From Candidatus Saccharimonadota bacterium (lineage in GTDB: Bacteria > Patescibacteriota > Saccharimonadia > CAILAD01 > GCA-016700035): a stretch of DNA of 64,000 bases. The notes beneath the pieces were generated by a model. That model saw only the letters and a list, made by a program, of their open reading frames with translations, did no database searches and was not told the origin of the DNA. Shown piece after piece: positions 16,153-26,014 of the stretch. The DNA is taken from assembly GCA_046350755.1 (NCBI GenBank), contig JAXLZV010000001.1, forward strand, positions 544,823 to 608,822. The letters run 5' to 3'. How positions within the stretch are numbered: position 1 is the stretch's first letter; each line of letters starts with the position of its first letter. Both the position numbers and the translations under genes were made by a program.

Positions 16153-18484
16153 AAGCGGCTTGTGCTTTTTCTAGTCTAGCACGCTCGGAATTGATGACTG
16201 CGGCTGGTGCGTTGGCGACGAAATTCTCATTAGCCAGCTTGGCTTGAATAAGTTTCACATGCTGAGCTTTAGCAGCCAGTTCCTTTTCAAGCTTGGCTTG
16301 ATGCGCGGCATCAGCATCGGCGTGTTTAGCTGTTAGGATTTGGGTGATTTCAATCTCAAAGCGCTTGCACTGTTCGGTATCAGTTCGTATAATAGTATTC
16401 GGCCAACGTTCGGTAATAAGTTGTGAATCGGTCCATGGCAGCTCCTGCCAGATCGCTTCTGTTACGAAGGGGGCGAACGGATGGGCGAGTCGCAAGATGA
16501 CGTCCAGAACGTAGGTGAGTACCTCTGGGTTCAGAGACTGTTTGGCGTATTCTATGTAGCAGTCCGCGAACTCGCTCCAGAGGAGGTGATAGACAGTTTC
16601 ACCGGCCTCGGAGAAGCGGTAGCTATCGAGGTGTTTTGATGCGTTCTTGATGGCTGTATTAGTCTTCTCGATGATCCAATGATCGGCCGGCGAGTGAAGC
16701 TCGGGCTGCTTTGGAGTGTGATTATCTTCAAGGCGACCGGTGATAAAGCGAGCGACATTCCAGAGCTTGTTGCAAAAGTTGCGGTAGCCTTTGATCTTTT
16801 CCTCAGACAGCTTACCGTCATTACCAGGAGTGATACCGATAGAGAGCGCCAGACGCAGCGCGTCGGTACCGTATTCAGCCGTAATCTCTAAGGGGTCACC
16901 ATAGTTGCCCTTAGACTTTGAGAGCTTTTGGCCTTTTTCGTCGGTAACCATGCCCCACAGATAGACGTTCTCAAACGGAACTTCGCCCGTCTTGTAGAGC
17001 GAGAACATGATCATACGTGTCACCCACTTATGCAGGATGTCGCGGGCGGTAGCCATGACCGAAGTAGGGTAGTGGTTTTGCCAGTCATCACCAAGTGTCG
17101 TCATAAGTGTGGCGTAGGGCCATTGGCACGATGAAAACCAGGTGTCGAAGGTGTCGGTCTCAGCCCGATAATTACCTTCGCCGTAGTAGGCGATTGCTTC
17201 GTCTTCAGATTTGGCAATGATATAGGCAGCTTTGTCGGCGTCGTGGCTCGTCTTGTAGTACACAGGTATACGGATGCCCCACCAGTTTTGGCGGGAAATA
17301 CACCAGTCATGCTCATTCTTGAGCCATTCTAGCGCGATTTTCTTGAAGCGCTTCGGGTAGAGTTTGACTTGCTCCGTCTCGATCGCCTCGATGACTGGCT
17401 TATTGAGCTCAGCCATACGCATGAACCATTGTTCGGTAATGAGAGGCTCGATGACAGCTCCCGAGCGGTCCTGGATAGCGACCGAGTGGGTTATGGTTTC
17501 GCGGTTGATAAGTTTGCCAGCCGCTTCTAGGTCGGCTACGACCGCTTTACGTGCGTCATCAACCGAGAGGCCGGCGTATTTCTCGGGCACATTGATCATC
17601 TTACCCTCGAAATCAATTACGGTTAGCTGGGGAAGATTATGGCGTAAACCGATCTCATAGTCGTTTTTGTCGTGGCCTGGAGTAACCTTGAGCGCACCGG
17701 TGCCAAATTCCAGATCAACGTGCTCATCGGCAATGATAGGTATAGGTCGATCGACTAGAGGAATGGTGGCAGTTTGGGCGTTTAGGTCTGCGAAGCGATT
17801 GTCTTCCGGATTTACGGCCACAGCGACATCCGCGAATATCGTCTCAGGCCGGGTGGTGGCTATCTGGACGGTGCCATAGTCGAGCGTATATATCTCGTCT
17901 TCGCGTTCCACATGCTTCACTTCGATGTCGGCATAGGCAGATTGTGTAGACGGATCCCAGTTGACGATACGATTGCCACGATAGATATAGCCATCATCGT
18001 GGAGCTGCCTGAAGGTGTCGAGAACTATCTCGATAATATCGTCATCAAGCGTGTACTTGAGCTTGTCCCAATCTGCTGAGAAGCCCATCGACTGCATCTG
18101 CGGGACAATGTTGCCTTTGTGTTCTTCAACGAAGTCCCAGACTTCTGAGTAGAACTTGTCGGGGCCCAAATCGTGCCGACTACGACCTTCAGCTGCGAGC
18201 TTTTTTTCGAAGACAAACTGCGTTTCTGTGCCGGCGTGATCTGTGCCGGGTTGCCAGAGTGTCGGCCGACCCTGCATGCGGGCGTAACGGGTCATAATGT
18301 CCTCGACGACGTACATCAGGTGCCCGGCGTGCAAAGAGCCATTGGCATTTGGTGGCGGCATGATGATCGTGAACGGCTGCATATCCGGGACCGGGGAGTT
18401 CGATCCGAGTGAGTAGCTATTGTGTGACTGCCAGAGCTGGCGAATTTGCGGCTCGTACTTTTGCGGCTCGTAAGCTTTTTCCAT
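16112..18484 (-). CDS. valS: valine--tRNA ligase (short, 790 aa)
   Basis: PPPNANGSLHAGHLMYVVEDIMTRYARMQGRPTLWQPGTDHAGTETQ (the HIGH region) and KLSKSKGN (the KMSKS motif). C-terminal coiled-coil. Confidence 0.85.
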   Translation of the reverse strand: MEKAYEPQKYEPQIRQLWQSHNSYSLGSNSPVPDMQPFTIIMPPPNANGSLHAGHLMYVVEDIMTRYARMQGRPTLWQPGTDHAGTETQFVFEKKLAAEGRSRHDLGPDKFYSEVWDFVEEHKGNIVPQMQSMGFSADWDKLKYTLDDDIIEIVLDTFRQLHDDGYIYRGNRIVNWDPSTQSAYADIEVKHVEREDEIYTLDYGTVQIATTRPETIFADVAVAVNPEDNRFADLNAQTATIPLVDRPIPIIADEHVDLEFGTGALKVTPGHDKNDYEIGLRHNLPQLTVIDFEGKMINVPEKYAGLSVDDARKAVVADLEAAGKLINRETITHSVAIQDRSGAVIEPLITEQWFMRMAELNKPVIEAIETEQVKLYPKRFKKIALEWLKNEHDWCISRQNWWGIRIPVYYKTSHDADKAAYIIAKSEDEAIAYYGEGNYRAETDTFDTWFSSCQWPYATLMTTLGDDWQNHYPTSVMATARDILHKWVTRMIMFSLYKTGEVPFENVYLWGMVTDEKGQKLSKSKGNYGDPLEITAEYGTDALRLALSIGITPGNDGKLSEEKIKGYRNFCNKLWNVARFITGRLEDNHTPKQPELHSPADHWIIEKTNTAIKNASKHLDSYRFSEAGETVYHLLWSEFADCYIEYAKQSLNPEVLTYVLDVILRLAHPFAPFVTEAIWQELPWTDSQLITERWPNTIIRTDTEQCKRFEIEITQILTAKHADADAAHQAKLEKELAAKAQHVKLIQAKLANENFVANAPAAVINSERARLEKAQAAYDDLSAALNQLEA

Positions 18485-18558
18485 GCTTTACAGCCTACCA
18501 ATTATCTGGTGTAGATGCTAGTTATGCTAAAATATCGGTAATTAACTAGCTTCATCCA

Positions 18559-19152
18559 ATGAATCCTCTAAGTTCCGGTAAAAAACTCACATACAGCATC
18601 GTCCCAGTGCTGGCGATCATAATGTGCTTAGGGTACGGAGCTCTCATTGTGCTGTTTATGCTGTATTTTGGCCCGTTCAGTCGAAGCTTTTTGGCAGGTA
18701 TTAACGGTCCATGGGATATGTTGATGGTGCTAACATTTATCCCTCTCTTTCTCATACTGTTTGCCATCTGGTTCAACTATCGGTTTATCCGTTGGATTTA
18801 TGGTAGGCCACAGGTAGATCGTTGGGCGTGGCGTCTGAACACCGCTATCGTTGGCTTGTCATGTGTCTTGATTGGGCTATCTGGACTCGGTGTGCTTGTG
18901 AACTTGGTGTCGGGCGGTAACCCCGGAGGCTTGCTCGGCTATATCCCAGGTGCGATCATGGCAGGGATCATGCTCTATCCTTACTGGTTGAAAAGGCAAT
19001 TAGCAGGTGTACTAGATGTCACTGAAATTACGGCTATATCACCTCAAGGCTTGAGTCGGCCGTCAACCCCACTTCCGTCCCAGTCAGCCGCTCAACCGAC
19101 AGCGCCCCAGAACCCTGTGCCGCCATCTGATACGCCAACGCCCCAATCATAG
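18559..19152 (+). CDS. polytopic membrane protein, hypothetical
   Basis: 197 aa with ~5 TM segments and a Pro-rich C-terminus. Its 3' end overlaps the convergent tsaD by ~118 nt. Confidence 0.4.
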   Translation: MNPLSSGKKLTYSIVPVLAIIMCLGYGALIVLFMLYFGPFSRSFLAGINGPWDMLMVLTFIPLFLILFAIWFNYRFIRWIYGRPQVDRWAWRLNTAIVGLSCVLIGLSGLGVLVNLVSGGNPGGLLGYIPGAIMAGIMLYPYWLKRQLAGVLDVTEITAISPQGLSRPSTPLPSQSAAQPTAPQNPVPPSDTPTPQS

Positions 19153-20116
19153 CCGCGTTATCAGTACAGAAGACTGGTGGTACGACTCGTGCGGTGGGAA
19201 TTGCCGCTAAAATGCCCTCGCGCAGCCGTTTATTCGCGCTGACACCGCCGCCAACCACGACGCTGGCTGGAGCATAGGCGTTATACGCACGGAGAAGCTT
19301 TGTAACGAGCGTTTCGGCCACGGTGCGTTCAAAGCTTGCTGCGATGTCGGAAATCGTTTCTGCGGGCAGCTGGTAGGTTTTACGGAGGTCGGCGAGGCCC
19401 GGCTGATCGCCGATAATGGCTTGCACTTGGCGCAACACGGCGGTTTTGAGCCCTGAAAAGCTAAAATCATAGCTGTCACCCAGATTAGCAATCGGGAATG
19501 TATATGCTCGATCGTTGCCGGTTTCGGCCGCCTTAGAGATATTCGGGCCACCCGGATAGGGGAGACCAAGGAGCTTGGCCACCTTATCAAAGGCTTCACC
19601 GGCGGCATCATCGCGGGTTTGACCAATCAATTCAAATGACAAATCCTTCTGGAACAGCATGATGCGTGAGTCGCCACCAGATACGATAAGGGCGAGCATC
19701 GGAAACTTGGGCTGCTCGCCATCTGTCAGAAAGCTGGCGTAAGCATGCGCTAAGATGTGATTTACGCCGATCAGCGGCTTCTGCTTCTCGACTGCTAGAA
19801 CCTCGGCCGTGAGTACGCCGATCAGCAGAGAGCCGATCAGACCAGGTCCGCGGGTAACGGCAATCGCGTCGATGTCATTCCAGGTGAGATCGGCTGTTTG
19901 CAGGGCTTCTTCGATCACAGGAATCACCACCTCAATATGGCTGCGGGCAGCCACTTCGGGTACCACGCCACCAAACTGAGCGTGCAGGTCAGCTTGAGAG
20001 GCGATCACATTCGCCAAGACCTCTCGTCCGTCGCGAATGATTGCGCAGGCGGTTTCGTCACAGCTGGACTCAAGGGCGAGAATGGTATGTAGTTTAGTGC
20101 CTATCATCTTGCGCAT
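19034..20116 (-). CDS. tsaD: tRNA N6-adenosine threonylcarbamoyltransferase TsaD (Kae1/Gcp family)
   Basis: ILALESSCDETACAI...HIEVVIPVIEEAL... matches the TsaD N-terminal metal-binding region. Start placed at MRKMIGT. Confidence 0.8.
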   Translation of the reverse strand: MRKMIGTKLHTILALESSCDETACAIIRDGREVLANVIASQADLHAQFGGVVPEVAARSHIEVVIPVIEEALQTADLTWNDIDAIAVTRGPGLIGSLLIGVLTAEVLAVEKQKPLIGVNHILAHAYASFLTDGEQPKFPMLALIVSGGDSRIMLFQKDLSFELIGQTRDDAAGEAFDKVAKLLGLPYPGGPNISKAAETGNDRAYTFPIANLGDSYDFSFSGLKTAVLRQVQAIIGDQPGLADLRKTYQLPAETISDIAASFERTVAETLVTKLLRAYNAYAPASVVVGGGVSANKRLREGILAAIPTARVVPPVFCTDNAAMIGALAYQMAAQGSGALSVERLTGTEVGLTADSSLEVI

Positions 20117-20239
20117 AGTAGGGAATACTTTCCAGATTTGCAAGTGCGCCAAGAGGTCTAGGTGGTGAGAAAGTATGGGCACGAATAACCCCACCTTCTC
20201 ATGTGACAAGGTGGGGTGGTAATGTATTGCTCTTCTGGA

Positions 20240-20902
20240 TTAGTCCCAGTCTGGAGCAGCAGTAGTGATGTTCTCGCGCCACGGACCTGGTGGAACCTGG
20301 TCGAAATCAACGAATTCCCAGTCGGTCTTGATTATACCGATCGATAGATCGCCACCAGTCAGTGCCTTGAAGGCCGCTGGGGAGATGTCGAGAGCCGAAT
20401 CAACCTTACCGGATGATTCCTGACGCGGTCGGTTCGAGCCGAAGACGTAGCGGCAGTCATTCTCGTAGAGTGGGCCGACATCTTCCCATTGGACGTACAC
20501 GGTTTTATCACCGGCACTGACACGGATCCAGCGATTCTTGAAGGCCGAGCTAGAAGCTTTGGCTTTCCAGGGAGCGACCTGCCGATGGGCTAGGATTGGG
20601 CCGTTGGTGTCAAAGTCGGCACAGGGGAGCGCCGCGTAATAGAGATTGTCACAACCGGCTTGAATCACGGCTCGCTGACCATCCCGATCAACGCCGCACA
20701 TATGCTTGGCCCAATCGTCATACCAGGCAGAGCTTTCGTTCGAAATGCCGTGATCAGCTTCGCCGGCCGGCATACCAGCCTGAAAGTAGGTCGTTGCGAT
20801 GTCGCGATGGGCAGATAGAGTCTGAGTGTCGGACTTCGACTGTGAGCAGCCAACGGCCAGTGCGATGAGAGCAGCGACAAGGAGTAGTCGATAGGTGGGC
20901 AT
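20240..20902 (-). CDS. lipoprotein, hypothetical (possible cell-wall-binding / beta-barrel domain)
   Basis: MPTYRLLLVAALIALAVGCSQS lipobox followed by a Cys-containing secreted domain. Confidence 0.45.
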   Translation of the reverse strand: MPTYRLLLVAALIALAVGCSQSKSDTQTLSAHRDIATTYFQAGMPAGEADHGISNESSAWYDDWAKHMCGVDRDGQRAVIQAGCDNLYYAALPCADFDTNGPILAHRQVAPWKAKASSSAFKNRWIRVSAGDKTVYVQWEDVGPLYENDCRYVFGSNRPRQESSGKVDSALDISPAAFKALTGGDLSIGIIKTDWEFVDFDQVPPGPWRENITTAAPDWD

Positions 20903-21029
20903 GACCAGATCTTTCGTTAGATGGGAACTGCGCGATTATATAATAAATATAGGATTTCTTCAAGACAGATGCTGGAGTGAAGTTGGAAAAGCCCCGCTTC
21001 TCTAAGCGAGAAATCGGGGCGTTAGGTCA

Positions 21030-21401
21030 TTAGTGGCCGTGTAGTCCGGCAATGAAGTGAAACCCTCGAGTTGGCGGCGGGTTCCACATGGCTGCTTCAT
21101 GGGCGTCGATCAGGGCGATGATCTGCTGGCTGCAATCCTGATGAGGATAGCTGGGGTGAAGAGCCTCTACGATTGCCGAGAAGGCCACCCCTGGCAGACT
21201 GCTTTCGCCGACATCGACCCAAAAATGGGTAATTGGGTGACGGATTTGCACCAGGAAAAGTGGTCGGGGGCTATCTTTGGTGCTCAGCTCGTGCCGAATT
21301 TCCTCGAGCAGTTTCTTCGAACTGCCATTTGGGCTGATGACGAGCGTGACGACCGAGCCGGTTGAGTAGAACAAGCGCAGGTGAATGTTGCCTTCACTCA
21401 T
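21030..21401 (-). CDS. hypothetical protein
   Basis: 123-aa ORF with no recognised motif. Confidence 0.35.
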   Translation of the reverse strand: MSEGNIHLRLFYSTGSVVTLVISPNGSSKKLLEEIRHELSTKDSPRPLFLVQIRHPITHFWVDVGESSLPGVAFSAIVEALHPSYPHQDCSQQIIALIDAHEAAMWNPPPTRGFHFIAGLHGH

Positions 21402-21713
21402 GGTGTCGCTCGACGATTTCGTTGGATGCGTCGCCAGATCCAGATTGGAATAAAGGCTCCGGTAAGCAAGATCGAGCCGATCATAATGGCTCGCAGAGTT
21501 GCAACTTCTTGGTCGCTGGTAGGGTGGGCCGTCAGGTGCTCCGATCGGCGTCTACCTGCCATCGAGTAGGGCGGACCAAGTGGCGGTTGTGGCTTGGATT
21601 CATCCATGGCTACCTCTCGTAAGAAGGTGCGGAACGTAACTGGGCTACTATACAACCGACTCGGGGAAATATCAATCAATAATATCGCAGCTGTCTGTAT
21701 TACAATGGGAGCA

Positions 21714-22676
21714 ATGAAGCAGTACGATCCAACAGTCTGGGATGATGCGGTGGCCAAGCTTGGTGGCGGGGTGCTGCAGAGTAAAGCTTGGGCTGACTTT
21801 CAAGCGGTAGTTGGGCGAGATGCGGTGCGAGCGATGGAGGCGGAAAAATGGGCTTGGCAGGGCTTTATTCGAACGGCTCCACGTTTGCGCTATTTGATGT
21901 TGCCATACGGCCCGGTTATCGCCCGAGATGCGGCCGAGGCACTGGGTTCGCTGGTGTTTGCCGGTGAGGATCAGGACGCTGATTTTGTTCGTATTGAACC
22001 GATCGGTAATATTACGGCTGACGATCTGCAGGCTGTGGGTGCAAAAAAAATTAGCGAGGTTGAGCCGCAGTTTACCTTCGTAGTTGATCTCACGAAGCCT
22101 GAGGAAGAATTGAAGTCAGCTTTGGATTCGGGTCATCGTAATCGAGTAAATACCACCGAGAAGCGAGGTATTCGCATCGAGCAGATACGTGACACGAGTC
22201 CAACGCCTGATTTTCTGCGACTCATGCGCGATACAGCTTCACATGCTGGCATTAAAAATCACGCTGATAGCTATTATGAGCTGATGGCTGAGAGTCTGAT
22301 TGGGGCTGGGGTGGCGAGTTACTACGTATCGACAGTCGAGGGTCAGCCAGCCAGCATTAGCTTGGTCTACGACTGGGGTGGCAGGCGCTACTACGCCCAC
22401 ACTGGTAATGATCAGGCGCTGAATCGGCAGTATAAGGTTGCAGTGTCGGCCGTCTGGCGGATGATGCTTGATGCTAAAGCGGTGGGCCTTCGGTCGTTTG
22501 ATTTTTGGGGCGCTGCGCCCGATGATTCACCAGGGCACAAATGGGCTGGGATCACATCTTTTAAGAAAGGCTTCGGGGGTGAGCGGGTCGGCACGATTGG
22601 CACTTGGGACATCCCAATCCATAGGACGAAATATCGTACCTATACTTTGTATCGCAAGCTGCGCGGTAGAGACTAA
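21714..22676 (+). CDS. FemAB-family peptidyltransferase (peptidoglycan interpeptide bridge formation)
   Basis: GGGAG RBS. The C-terminal ...FDFWGAAPDDSPGHKWAGITSFKKGFGG matches the FemAB family motif. Confidence 0.6.
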   Translation: MKQYDPTVWDDAVAKLGGGVLQSKAWADFQAVVGRDAVRAMEAEKWAWQGFIRTAPRLRYLMLPYGPVIARDAAEALGSLVFAGEDQDADFVRIEPIGNITADDLQAVGAKKISEVEPQFTFVVDLTKPEEELKSALDSGHRNRVNTTEKRGIRIEQIRDTSPTPDFLRLMRDTASHAGIKNHADSYYELMAESLIGAGVASYYVSTVEGQPASISLVYDWGGRRYYAHTGNDQALNRQYKVAVSAVWRMMLDAKAVGLRSFDFWGAAPDDSPGHKWAGITSFKKGFGGERVGTIGTWDIPIHRTKYRTYTLYRKLRGRD

Positions 22677-22683
22677 ATAAGCA

Positions 22684-22720
22684 AAAAATTGGCCCCAGTC
22701 ACATGATTGTGACCGGGGCC
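22684..22720 (-). terminator. rho-independent terminator for the 22727..23425 gene
   Basis: 13-bp GGCCCCAGTCACA/TGTGACCGGGGCC hairpin, followed on the minus RNA by AATTTTTTGC. Confidence 0.6.
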
Positions 22721-22726
22721 CGGTGC

Positions 22727-23425
22727 TCAGACGAAGGTCATCGGCGTGAGCATCTCATACGTACCATCACCGTAGATGCGATCGAACTGGCGCTCGAAGA
22801 CCGCTTCAGTGGTGTCGGTCTCGAATCGGCTGACGCCGGCTTCGGCGTCGATGCCGAAGTCCGCTGGCTCGCACTTCCTGAACATCCGGGTTGCAGCCCG
22901 GCAGGCAGCCTGACGCTCCTCGGGTGAGAGGAACTCCTCCTTCATTGCGTGGACCAGCAGGTTGAAGGTGTTGAGGTGGAATTCACCATCCAGATAGGCA
23001 CGAACCATGGGCTGCGCCTTGGAGTTGTGGTGCAGGTTGTCGAGGTCGACGACCAGCGTTTGCAGCGCGCTGTAGCGCAGTGTGATTGGCTGACGCCCAT
23101 CGGTCAGGATGCGCGACGTAATGGTTGCGCGCCGGCGTTGCATCCTGGCGAATTGCACTCGTAGCTGGTCGAGGTTGAGGTGATACTCCTGCTCGACCGG
23201 CGAAGGCATCTTGCTGCTCTTCATGTTGCTGGTAGCCAGAGCGTGCTGCGCTCGCAGGGTCGCAAGGATGTCGATCAGCTCACGGATCTTGGCGAAATCC
23301 TGCTGAAAGGTCGCGTCGATGATGAGCTGGACGAAGCTGTGTGGGCTCTGATGAACGACCTCGAGGGCCGCTCGGATCTCTGAGCGATCGAGTACGGCTG
23401 GGTCGAAGGCAGTCGGTTTGGGCAT
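22727..23425 (-). CDS. hypothetical protein in a GC-rich insertion between two FemAB paralogs
   Basis: 232-aa ORF, noticeably GC-richer than its neighbours, with its own terminator. Confidence 0.5.
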   Translation of the reverse strand: MPKPTAFDPAVLDRSEIRAALEVVHQSPHSFVQLIIDATFQQDFAKIRELIDILATLRAQHALATSNMKSSKMPSPVEQEYHLNLDQLRVQFARMQRRRATITSRILTDGRQPITLRYSALQTLVVDLDNLHHNSKAQPMVRAYLDGEFHLNTFNLLVHAMKEEFLSPEERQAACRAATRMFRKCEPADFGIDAEAGVSRFETDTTEAVFERQFDRIYGDGTYEMLTPMTFV

Positions 23426-23524
23426 TTCTGCTCCTTGTTCTGGGGTAGGTACAGAATAATATATTACAATCTATATGCCATATAGTCAATGTATCAGCGG
23501 CGAATAAACAGGTATAATCAAATC

Positions 23525-24592
23525 ATGATTCGACCCGCTACACCTGAGGAACGTGACAGCTGGAATCAGCTCGTACGCGAAAATCCCGATACCGGCCATA
23601 TCTATCAGACGGTGGAGTGGGGTGCGTACAAAGCGGAGTATGGTTGGCGGCCAGAACAGTTAGTTTGGGATTATGGTACGGAACGGGTGGCATTCCAGAT
23701 GTTAGTAAAATCGGCCGCGGGCTTTGGCTCCATCTGGTATTGCCCAAAGGGGCCAGGGCTGTTTGGTCGTTACCAGACACAAAAAGGTGATGAACAACGC
23801 TTGCGGGCCTTTTCGAAGGAATTGGCTGATTATGTCCAGCTCAAGGATGCCCGCGCTTTTATGTTGATGGTTGAGCCTGAAGTGCTTGACGGTGAGCTCA
23901 AGCCGCAGAAGGCCGGTTGGCTGAAGAGTCCCCACGATCTGCAGTTTCGTGCCACTATTATTGTCGACATCGATCACCCTGATGAAGCACTGCTAGCGAG
24001 CTTTAAGCAAAAGACCCGCTACAATATTCGTTTAGCAACCAAGAAGGGGGTGACGATCGAGCCACGCCAGGCGACCGATGAGATGGTAGATCTCATGTAT
24101 AAGCTGATGGGTGACACTCAAGGGCGAGCCGGCTTTTACCTGCGGCCGAAGCAGGCCTTCAAGTCCTACTGGCAGAGCTTGGCACAGGCTGGCATGGGTC
24201 AATTCTTTGTAGCCGTGCATGAGAGTGAGGTGCTCGCCGCTGAATACGCGATGATATTTGGCGATAAGGCCTATTACAAAGAGGGTGGTTCGTCTGGGGA
24301 GAAGCGCAATCTGATGGCGCCATATCTGTTGCAGTACGAGGTGATGCGCTGGGCCAGAGATCGCGGCGCGAAGCAGTATGATCTGATCGCTGTGCCGCCG
24401 AAGGATAAGCTGCATCCAGAGCACTCGATGTATGGCTTGTATCAGTTCAAGAGTGGGTTTAATCAGGAGATCACGCAATTCATTGGCTGTTGGGAGTATC
24501 CCCTAAAACCCGCCGCCCATCAGCGCTGGCTGAAGAGTGAGCCAATTTTTCATAAGTTGTATCATCGCGTGAAGCATAATCTGTTCTGGTAA
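23525..24592 (+). CDS. FemAB-family peptidyltransferase (second paralog)
   Basis: ...YDLIAVPPKDKLHPEHSMYGLYQFKSGFNQE. TATAAT sits 6 nt upstream of the ATG. Confidence 0.6.
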   Translation: MIRPATPEERDSWNQLVRENPDTGHIYQTVEWGAYKAEYGWRPEQLVWDYGTERVAFQMLVKSAAGFGSIWYCPKGPGLFGRYQTQKGDEQRLRAFSKELADYVQLKDARAFMLMVEPEVLDGELKPQKAGWLKSPHDLQFRATIIVDIDHPDEALLASFKQKTRYNIRLATKKGVTIEPRQATDEMVDLMYKLMGDTQGRAGFYLRPKQAFKSYWQSLAQAGMGQFFVAVHESEVLAAEYAMIFGDKAYYKEGGSSGEKRNLMAPYLLQYEVMRWARDRGAKQYDLIAVPPKDKLHPEHSMYGLYQFKSGFNQEITQFIGCWEYPLKPAAHQRWLKSEPIFHKLYHRVKHNLFW

Positions 24593-24634
24593 ACTCGCCA
24601 GCAGCCATTTCTCGAATAAGCTATAATACAGATC

Positions 24635-26002
24635 ATGAGTGCCGAACCGAGTGGAGACCAGCTAGCTAAGATCTTTCATGCCTATGATATTCGTGGGCTA
24701 GTGCCTGATGAGCTGAACGCAGATACTGCCCAGCGTATCGCCCGGGCTTTCGCTGACCAAATGCCGGAAGGGACGATCGCCGTCGGCCGTGATATGCGGA
24801 CGGATTCGGTCGAGCTCACTGAGGCTTTCATCGATGGGCTGGTCGAACAGGGCAGGGAAGTGCTCGACATCGGTATGGTGACTACCGATATGAGCTACTT
24901 CGCCGTCGGCCAGTATGATTTGGCTGGTGCAGCCATGATCACCGCTAGCCATAATCCTGGTCAGTATAACGGCATTAAGCTGACTGCCGCCGGGGTCGTC
25001 CAGCTCTCCGAGACGGGTGGCTTGAAGGCGATTCGCGAGGCAGTCGAAAAAGGTGAGTACAAGAAAACCGACGGCGAAGGCAAGAAACTCGAAAAGAATA
25101 TTTTGACCGACTGGGTGGAGCACTGCCTACGCTTTGCTGGAGGAGAGCTGAAGCCGCTGAAGATCGGTGTCGATGCCGGCAACGGTATGGGCTCGGTGCC
25201 GATCCCAAAGCTGCAAGATCTGACGCCGCTTGAGATCTCTGGTCTCTACATGGAGCTCGATGGGACGTTCCCCAACCATCCGGCGAATCCTATCTTGCCC
25301 GGTGCCATGGATGACTTGATTACGCTGGTGCAGCGCAATGAACTCGATCTAGGTGTAGCCTTCGACGGTGACGGCGATCGCGCCTTCTTCGTCGATGAGA
25401 CCGGCACACCGGTGAGTGCAACTGAGATAGCCGGCCTAATTACCAGTACGTTCTTGAAGGAAAACCCAAAAAGTACGGTTGTAGCCAATGTGGTGATTGG
25501 TGACGTGGTCGGGGAGACCGTGGAGGCGTTGGGTGGCAAGTTGATCGTCAGCCGTGTCGGCCACAGCTTCATGCAGCAGGTGATGCGCGAAGAGAACGCG
25601 CTCTTTGGCGCGGAGCACTCGGGGCATTTTTACTACCGAGATAACTTTTTTTGTGACTCGGCATTGATTACGGCCGTGATGGTGCTCGGCATTATGTCCG
25701 AAACTGGCCAGAAGCTATCGGAGCTTGTGAAGCCTTTCCGGAAGTACCCAGCTACACCTGAAGAAAATGTTGAAGTCGTGAATCCCGGAAATCTCATTGA
25801 GAAATTGAAGGCCAAATACTCTGATCGAATCGAACGCGAGATCGATGGGATTAATATCCGGACTGCAGATTGGCATGCCAGTGTGCGGCCGAGCAATACG
25901 GAGCCGTATGTGCGGGTGAACCTCGAGGCGAAGAACAAGACAAGCTTGAAGGCGGCTCAGGCCGAACTCATAACGACGATCCGCGAACTGCAGACTCACT
26001 AG
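24635..26002 (+). CDS. alpha-D-phosphohexomutase (phosphomannomutase/phosphoglucomutase family)
   Basis: The ITASHNPGQYNGIKL active-site serine loop and the GFDGDGDRAFFVDE metal-binding loop. Confidence 0.8.
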   Translation: MSAEPSGDQLAKIFHAYDIRGLVPDELNADTAQRIARAFADQMPEGTIAVGRDMRTDSVELTEAFIDGLVEQGREVLDIGMVTTDMSYFAVGQYDLAGAAMITASHNPGQYNGIKLTAAGVVQLSETGGLKAIREAVEKGEYKKTDGEGKKLEKNILTDWVEHCLRFAGGELKPLKIGVDAGNGMGSVPIPKLQDLTPLEISGLYMELDGTFPNHPANPILPGAMDDLITLVQRNELDLGVAFDGDGDRAFFVDETGTPVSATEIAGLITSTFLKENPKSTVVANVVIGDVVGETVEALGGKLIVSRVGHSFMQQVMREENALFGAEHSGHFYYRDNFFCDSALITAVMVLGIMSETGQKLSELVKPFRKYPATPEENVEVVNPGNLIEKLKAKYSDRIEREIDGINIRTADWHASVRPSNTEPYVRVNLEAKNKTSLKAAQAELITTIRELQTH

Positions 26003-26014
26003 CAGGGGGCCATT

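Noticed and set aside
16552-18501. Multiple internal or antisense ORFs within valS
   Set aside because: They are nested in the well-supported ValRS gene, which carries HIGH and KMSKS motifs.
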